Source: an uncultured Gammaproteobacteria bacterium (GTDB taxonomy: Bacteria > Patescibacteriota > Microgenomatia > JAMCZE01). From it: 33,976 nucleotides of DNA. The stretch's first letter is position 1. The number at the start of each line of letters is the position of its first letter. Positions 29,827 to 33,976 of the stretch are shown piece by piece. Location of the stretch: the NCBI GenBank assembly GCA_964603445.1, contig CAZRUW010000099.1, forward strand, positions 1 to 33,976, given 5' to 3'. The translations under genes were made by a program, and so were the position numbers. The notes under the pieces are model-generated. The model saw only the letters and a list, made by a program, of their open reading frames with translations, searched no databases and was not told the DNA's origin.

Positions 29827-32800
29827 ATGAGACTCCTCAACTATTTCCTGGTCAGATTTTACTTCGGATATTTCAACGCCGCCGGTATCGGCTTCATGGG
29901 CAGATGTTTCTTCAGTATCAGTTTTGGCTTCGAGAACTTCCTCAAGTTGTTTTACTTCGACAGCAATTTTTTCCTCGGCTTTGTCATCGATGGGGGTAGA
30001 AATGGTAGTAGTAGTGGTAACGGGCGAAGCCGTAACCACTCCGGTCGGAGTCACAGAGAGAGCCAGGCTTTGAAGCTCCTTGACCAAGACTTTGAAGGAC
30101 TCCGGCACGGTGGACTGGGGAATATCCGTCCCTTTAACAATAGCCTCGAAAGCTTTGGCCCGGCCGACGACGTCGTCAGACTTAATAGTCAGCATTTCCT
30201 GAAGGGTATAAGCCGCCCGGTGGGCTTCCAGCGCCCAGACTTCCATTTCGCCAACCCGCTGGCCGCCCATCTGGGCTTTGCCACCAAGAGGTTGTTGGGT
30301 CACTAAAGAGTAAGGGCCGGTCGAGCGGGCATGGGTTTTGTCCTCGACCATGTGAATGAGTTTAACAATATAGCTTGTCCCGACAACCACTTTCTGGTCA
30401 AACGGTTCACCGGTGCGACCATCATAGACAACAGTCTTGCCGTCGGCGGGAAGATTAGCGTCGTGGAGAGCCTGAGTAATTTTTCCTTCCTGAGCTTTTT
30501 CAAAGACTGGGACATAGACCCTCTTTCCCAGCTTGTTCATGGCCCAACCAAGATGGGCTTCCAGGAGCTGGCCCAGGTTCATACGACCCAGGACAGAAAG
30601 GGGAGAAATAATAATGTCTATTGGGGTCCCATCGGCCAGGTGCGGCATGTCTGCCAGACTGACAATTCGGGAAATGACCCCTTTGTTCCCGTGGCGACCG
30701 GCGACTTTATCACCGACAGAGACCTTGCGCATTTGGGCCACTTTGACCTTTATCAATTTGTTTGTTCCTGGGGAAAGTTCATCGCCGGCTTCCTTATCAA
30801 GAATGGAGATGTCAATGACAGTACCTTTTTCCCCGTGAGGAACACGAAGAGAGGTGTCGCGAACTTCGCGGGCTTTCTCGCCAAAAATTGCCCGGAGGAG
30901 CCTTTCTTCAGCAGACAGTTCGGTTTCCCCTTTAGGAGCGATTTTTCCTACCAAAATGTCATTCGGGCCGACTTCAGCACCAATAACGACAATGCCGTTT
31001 TCATCCAGATTGGCCAGGTCTGATTCCCCGACATTAGGAATATCCCGAGTGATTTCTTCCGGCCCCAATTTAGTGTCGACGACTTCGCACTCATATTCCT
31101 CAATATGAATGCTGGTTAAGAGATCATCACGGACCAGGCGGTCGGACACAATAATGGCGTCTTCATAACCAAAGCCTTCAAAATGCATGTAGGCAATAGT
31201 TAGGTTGGTTCCCAGGGCCAGCTCCCCATTTTTGGCAGCCGGGCCATCAATAAGAAGAGAACCGGGCTGTATCTTGTCTCCAACGTTAACCAAAGGACGC
31301 TGGGTGTAACAAGCTCCGTTGGGATTGGTTCGCTGGAACTTGGTAATAAAGTACGTTTCCAGATTGCCATTGATCTTAATCTTGTCCTCGTCAGATTTCC
31401 TGTCCAAATCCTGCCTCACTTTGGGGTCTTTGGGGTCAATTTTAACGACTACTTTGCTGCCGTCAACATAGACCACTTCCCCAGCATGGCGGGCTCGGAC
31501 AACCCAACCCATAGACTGGGCCACAGCAGGCTCAACACCGGTTCCGACCAGCGGTGATTGGGGATTAACCAGAGGGACTGCCTGAGCTTGCATGTTAGAA
31601 CCCATGAGAGCACGAATGCCGTCGTCATGCTGTAAAAACGGGATAAGAGCGGCAGCTGTACCGACAACTTGGCGGGGAACACAGTCCACAAGATCCACTT
31701 CCACGCTGTCTACTTCCATAAATTCCCCTTTATATCGAACCGGGACCCGGGCATTTTGGAGAAAACCGTCATCGTCAATGGTCACTTCGGCGTGGGTAAT
31801 TTTGAGGTCACGCTCGTCATCGGCAGCCAGGTAAACAATGTCATCAGTGGCCCGAACTTTATTGTCGTTTTTTTCCACACGCCGATAAGGGGCAAGGAGA
31901 AAACCGTATTCGTCAACCTTGGCATAAAGACTCATGAAGGTGACCAAACCGATGTTCGGCCCTTCCGGAGAACGAACGGGGCAGATGCGGCTGTATTGCG
32001 AGGAGTTAATGTCGCGGATGGAAAAACTGGCCCGATCCCGAGAAATACCGCCAATCCCCATAACCGTAAGTTTTCGCAGATTGTCAACTTCGGAGAGGGG
32101 GTTGGTTTGGTCAAGAATGGAAGAAAGCTGGGAAGTGCGAAAAAATTCATTAATGGCAGAAATAATCGGCCGGGCATTAATAACCTGATTGGGCATAACC
32201 TTGCTCTTGGGATCCAGGAGGCTCATGCGCTCTTTAACCGCCCGCTCAAGGCGGAGAAGGCCGTCGCGAAAAGCCACGTTGCCAACCAGCTCTCCAACCC
32301 GGCGCAGCCGGCGATTGGCCAAATTATCGATGTCGTCGGTATAGGCTTGGGGGTCACCCTTTTGAAGTTTGATAAGGTATTTGATGGTGGCAATCAGGTC
32401 TTCCCGGGTGAGAACATGATTTTGGGCAATATTCTCCAAGTTGAGACCGAGACGCTTGTTCATTTTGTAGCGGCCGACCCGGCCGAGGTGATAACGGCGG
32501 GGGGAGAAAAACAGACCGTTAATGTAATCAATGGCGGTTTCAATGACAGCCGGTTCACCGGGGCGCATCTTTTTGTAGATTTCCATCGCACCCTCGCTTG
32601 ATCCGTGAGTGACATCCTTTTTCAAAGTGGCCTCGATATAGGAGTCGTCACCTGCGGGATCAACGTCAGAAAAGATCTTACGGATTTCTTCGTCAGAACC
32701 GATACCCACCGCCCGAAGAAAAGTGGTGACGGGAAATTTCCGGCGGCGATCAATACGTACCGAAAGAACGTTACTGCGGGAAACGTTAAACTCCAGCCAA

Positions 32801-33369
32801 CTGCCACGAAGAGGCCGGACTTCAGCAAAATAGAGCATCCGGCCGGTGACAGGATCAACATCACCCAAGAAATAGACACCGGCGGAGCGAACAAGTTGAT
32901 GAATGACAGCCCGTTCAATGCCGTTTATGATAAAAGTTCCGGCCGGAGTCATCACCGGCAGTTCGCCGAAGAAAACCTCCTGAGAAGTCACTTCGCCAGT
33001 TTGTTTGTTTAAGAGCCGGGCGGCAATACGAACTGGAATATCGAAAGTGACTCCCTTAGCAGCCGCAGTGGCGGCAGTGTATTTGGGGCTGCCGAAAGAG
33101 TATTGGCCCAGAGTGAGTTCCCAGTTTTTCCCGGTAAAGTCAGAAATGGGGGAAATTTCGGAAATCAGTTCGGTAATCCCTTCTTCCAAAAACTGCCTAT
33201 AAGAATCTTGTTGAACGGAGAGGAAGTTGAGTTCGGGAAGAGCACGGAAGTGATGACCCCAATAAAGACGCTCCTGAGGACTAGTTTCCGCAGACAAAAA
33301 CCGTCCTTCAAAGGACTTTTTAGCCGACGGATTGCTTTCAATAGTCGGTTTGGGTGATCTTCTCGCCAT
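29821..33369 (-). CDS. rpoB: DNA-directed RNA polymerase beta subunit
   Basis: 1182 aa with conserved blocks such as [12 protein letters not shown] and [15 protein letters not shown]. It has a ~72-aa Thr- and acid-rich C-terminal tail. Confidence 0.96.
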   Translation of the reverse strand: MARRSPKPTIESNPSAKKSFEGRFLSAETSPQERLYWGHHFRALPELNFLSVQQDSYRQFLEEGITELISEISPISDFTGKNWELTLGQYSFGSPKYTAATAAAKGVTFDIPVRIAARLLNKQTGEVTSQEVFFGELPVMTPAGTFIINGIERAVIHQLVRSAGVYFLGDVDPVTGRMLYFAEVRPLRGSWLEFNVSRSNVLSVRIDRRRKFPVTTFLRAVGIGSDEEIRKIFSDVDPAGDDSYIEATLKKDVTHGSSEGAMEIYKKMRPGEPAVIETAIDYINGLFFSPRRYHLGRVGRYKMNKRLGLNLENIAQNHVLTREDLIATIKYLIKLQKGDPQAYTDDIDNLANRRLRRVGELVGNVAFRDGLLRLERAVKERMSLLDPKSKVMPNQVINARPIISAINEFFRTSQLSSILDQTNPLSEVDNLRKLTVMGIGGISRDRASFSIRDINSSQYSRICPVRSPEGPNIGLVTFMSLYAKVDEYGFLLAPYRRVEKNDNKVRATDDIVYLAADDERDLKITHAEVTIDDDGFLQNARVPVRYKGEFMEVDSVEVDLVDCVPRQVVGTAAALIPFLQHDDGIRALMGSNMQAQAVPLVNPQSPLVGTGVEPAVAQSMGWVVRARHAGEVVYVDGSKVVVKIDPKDPKVRQDLDRKSDEDKIKINGNLETYFITKFQRTNPNGACYTQRPLVNVGDKIQPGSLLIDGPAAKNGELALGTNLTIAYMHFEGFGYEDAIIVSDRLVRDDLLTSIHIEEYECEVVDTKLGPEEITRDIPNVGESDLANLDENGIVVIGAEVGPNDILVGKIAPKGETELSAEERLLRAIFGEKAREVRDTSLRVPHGEKGTVIDISILDKEAGDELSPGTNKLIKVKVAQMRKVSVGDKVAGRHGNKGVISRIVSLADMPHLADGTPIDIIISPLSVLGRMNLGQLLEAHLGWAMNKLGKRVYVPVFEKAQEGKITQALHDANLPADGKTVVYDGRTGEPFDQKVVVGTSYIVKLIHMVEDKTHARSTGPYSLVTQQPLGGKAQMGGQRVGEMEVWALEAHRAAYTLQEMLTIKSDDVVGRAKAFEAIVKGTDIPQSTVPESFKVLVKELQSLALSVTPTGVVTASPVTTTTTISTPIDDKAEEKIAVEVKQLEEVLEAKTDTEETSAHEADTGGVEISEVKSDQEIVEESHE

Positions 33370-33432
33370 TACAGGGTGATTTTGGCAGACACGACAAAAT
33401 CAAGCGAACCCACAAAATGTTCGCCTAAAATT

Positions 33433-33473
33433 TTAGACCCGCAGCGCTAGCGAGGATCGCAAGCTCTGCTTAT
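33433..33473 (-). repeat. short copy of the GNUCC/GGGNC hairpin element in the rpoB 5' leader
   Basis: The plus strand reads TTAGACCCGCAGCGCTAGCGAGGATCGCAAGCTCTGCTTAT. Confidence 0.75.
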
Positions 33474-33486
33474 TCAGTTGAGAAGA

Positions 33487-33514
33487 AGTTTAGCAGAAAA
33501 ATATTAAGAGTCAA
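33487..33514 (-). promoter_or_regulatory. candidate rpoB promoter TTGACT-N16-(TGC)TAAACT
   Basis: On the minus strand, TTGACT is at 33509-33514 and TAAACT at 33487-33492, preceded by TGC (extended -10-like). It lies 10 nt after the mltG stop. Confidence 0.5.
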
Positions 33515-33523
33515 TAGAGAAAA

Positions 33524-33976
33524 TTACTGGAGGTATTTGGCCACGTTTTGATTGTGCTCGTCAATTGTCCTGGCGAAGTGCATGACGCCGTTTTTGTCGG
33601 AAAGATAAAAAAGATAGTCGGTTTGGGCCGGGTGAACGGCTGCCTGAAGAGAAGAGAGACCGGGATTACTAATGGGACCGGGCGGGAGACCGGGATTAAG
33701 ATAGGTGTTATAAGGCGAGTCAATTTTCAGATCTTCGGCAGTGAGATTTTTTTTCCACCAGCCGTCATTGGGAACTTTTCCCAGGGCATACTGAACAGTA
33801 GCATCAATGTCCAGGGCCATCCCGGCGGCAAGACGATTATAAATGACTGAGGCGACCAACGGACGGTCAGCGGCGGTTTTAGCCTCGCGCTCGATCATGG
33901 AAGCAACAATCAACTGCTGCGAAGTTACCGGGAAATCTGCTTTTCGGGAGAAGTTCTGGGCCATTAAATTGAGTAC
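33524..33976 (-). CDS. mltG: endolytic murein transglycosylase MltG/YceG family, C-terminal part (gene runs off the window)
   Basis: Contains YNTYLNPGLPPGPISNPGLSSLQAA, and the frame is open to the window edge. Confidence 0.85.
   Translation of the reverse strand, partial: VLNLMAQNFSRKADFPVTSQQLIVASMIEREAKTAADRPLVASVIYNRLAAGMALDIDATVQYALGKVPNDGWWKKNLTAEDLKIDSPYNTYLNPGLPPGPISNPGLSSLQAAVHPAQTDYLFYLSDKNGVMHFARTIDEHNQNVAKYLQ

Noticed and set aside
31669-32601. There are long plus-strand ORFs antisense to rpoB, rpoC, fusA, tuf and rplD. Examples are 31669-32601 (310 aa), 28652-29341 (229 aa), 30331-31023 (230 aa), 26411-26947, 22119-22574 and 18234-18803.
   Set aside because: They lie entirely opposite highly conserved, confidently identified genes. 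Their products are low-complexity with no recognisable motifs. They are typical shadow ORFs.

Overview
The window is almost entirely one minus-strand ribosomal/translation super-operon. Gene order is mltG' - rpoB - rpoC - rpsL - rpsG - [5x Zn-ribbon/PD-(D/E)XK nuclease, VOC protein] - fusA - tuf - rpsJ - rplC-D-W-B - rpsS - rplV - rpsC - rplP - rpmC - rpsQ - rplN-X-E - rpsZ - rpsH - rplF-R - rpsE - rplO - [small HTH, ASCH(+), Fic] - secY - adk - map - infA - rpmJ - rpsM-K-D - rpoA - rplQ - rplM - rpsI - wHTH-Nudix. rpmJ (L36, TTG start) is missing from the ORF track and was found by hand. No L30 gene lies between rpsE and rplO, many r-proteins and RpoB carry low-complexity C-terminal tails, and TGA is used as a stop. 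I infer a small-genome, CPR/Patescibacteria-like bacterium using code 11. Two accessory islands interrupt otherwise strongly conserved adjacencies (rplO|secY and rpsG|fusA). The most unusual signal is in the non-coding DNA. (1) A structured palindromic element of about 45-55 nt occurs in at least 6 copies and shows compensatory base changes in its closing stem. Most copies sit at gene junctions, and one copy is inserted in frame inside rpsC (S3). (2) A leader element of about 165 nt occurs upstream of both rplN and tuf. It has three covarying helices, two of which are mutually exclusive, and it starts at a -10-like box. (3) The rpsJ-rplC spacer holds a TTGCAA-N18-TATAAT promoter, a structured leader and a terminator-like hairpin directly before the rplC ATG. 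(4) Several spacers consist of 7-nt-periodic direct plus inverted oligomer arrays, and an 18-21-nt motif (AAGAGTAATC..AATAT) brackets other spacers as long inverted repeats. I found no rRNA, tRNA or CRISPR array. All functional interpretation of the non-coding elements is inference from sequence only.
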